This document shows positions 63,200 to 64,000 of a stretch of 64,000 nt of DNA, piece after piece. Origin of the DNA: Ginglymostoma cirratum (Eukaryota); NCBI GenBank assembly GCA_024137785.1, contig JAHRHZ010000078.1, forward strand, positions 2,523,027 through 2,587,026. Direction: 5' to 3'. The notes under the pieces were generated by a model that saw nothing but the letters and a program-made list of their open reading frames with translations, had not been told where the DNA came from and did no database searches. The translations under genes and the position numbers were made by a program. Every line of letters begins with the position of its first letter. Position 1 is the stretch's first letter.

Positions 63200-63945
63200 G
63201 AAGATATGGGTTAGGGGCAGGAGTAGTCCATTTGGCCTAAAGAGTTTGCGCTGCCATTCAGTAAGGTTGTGGGTAATCTTATAGTAATCCATCTATCCCA
63301 AATAACCTTTCACCCCCTTCCTTAACAAGAATATATCTGTGATAAAAATGTACAAGGACTCTGCCTTTTCAGGGAGCCTTTCCAATGACTCTCAACCCTC
63401 TTGAGGGTTTTTTTCTAGCTTCAATTCTTTATTTTAAATAGTGACCCCCCCCTCCCCAAAACCGGTTCCAAGTTTCCCCCATAAGAGCAGACATCCCTTT
63501 CACATCCATTGTTAAGGCCATTCAGAATCTTATACGTTTCAATAAAATCCCCTCTCGCTCCTCTAAACTCCAGTGAATACAAGCTCAGTCTGTCCGAGCT
63601 TCCTCAAAGGACAACATACTGATTCTGGGTGCTCAGTCCAATAAACCTGCTCTGAACTGCTTCCGGTTCTGTGTAAGGAGACACATGCTGTGCACAGTAC
63701 TCCAGATGTAGTGTCAGCAGTGCTCTGCAAATTGAAAGCACAACCCGTGTACTTCTGGCTTTAATTCCTTTTGCAATAAATGATAATATTCTATTAGCTT
63801 TCCTAATTACTGGCTTTACCTGCAGACCAACTTTTTGTGATTTATGTAGTAGGATTCCCAGATCCCTCTGCATCTCGTAGCTCTGCAATCTCTCAGCGTT
63901 TAGATAATATGTTTCTTATTTTTATTCATTATGCCAAAATGTTCA
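63200..63945 (-). mobile_element. CR1 LINE 3' fragment
   Basis: QRDLGILLHKSQKV...IRKANRILSFIAKGI...LHLEYCAQ. Confidence 0.85.
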
Positions 63946-64000
63946 TTATGCATTCTGTAGTTGGAAGAGCAAATGTGACAAATGTATGTAATTTAGTGCC

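Overview
Vertebrate nuclear DNA, very probably from a cartilaginous fish (shark/ray), judged from HE1-type SINEs, CR1/HER1-type LINEs and Penelope-like elements. The window lies inside one large + strand gene, HID1. Eleven internal coding exons (2-12 by human numbering recalled from memory) join in frame through GT-AG introns; exon 1 and the 3' exons lie outside the window. The introns are mostly retroelement debris plus minisatellites, with one 100-N assembly gap. Four things stand out. (1) Intron 8 holds a Gypsy-type LTR + PBS + gag fused directly to an intronless run of obscurin-like Ig domains, a probable host-mRNA capture. (2) Intron 3 holds heavily decayed antisense LRR/TIR-like (Toll-like-receptor-like) sequence, possibly in several copies. 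(3) The same intron has a 300-bp inverted repeat with a gene-conversion-like identity gradient and a templated insertion. (4) A family of palindromic Penelope-derived inserts carries ~15-bp target-site duplications and hammerhead-ribozyme-like cores. Exon coordinates were read base by base; repeat boundaries are approximate, and family names come from recognition, not database search.
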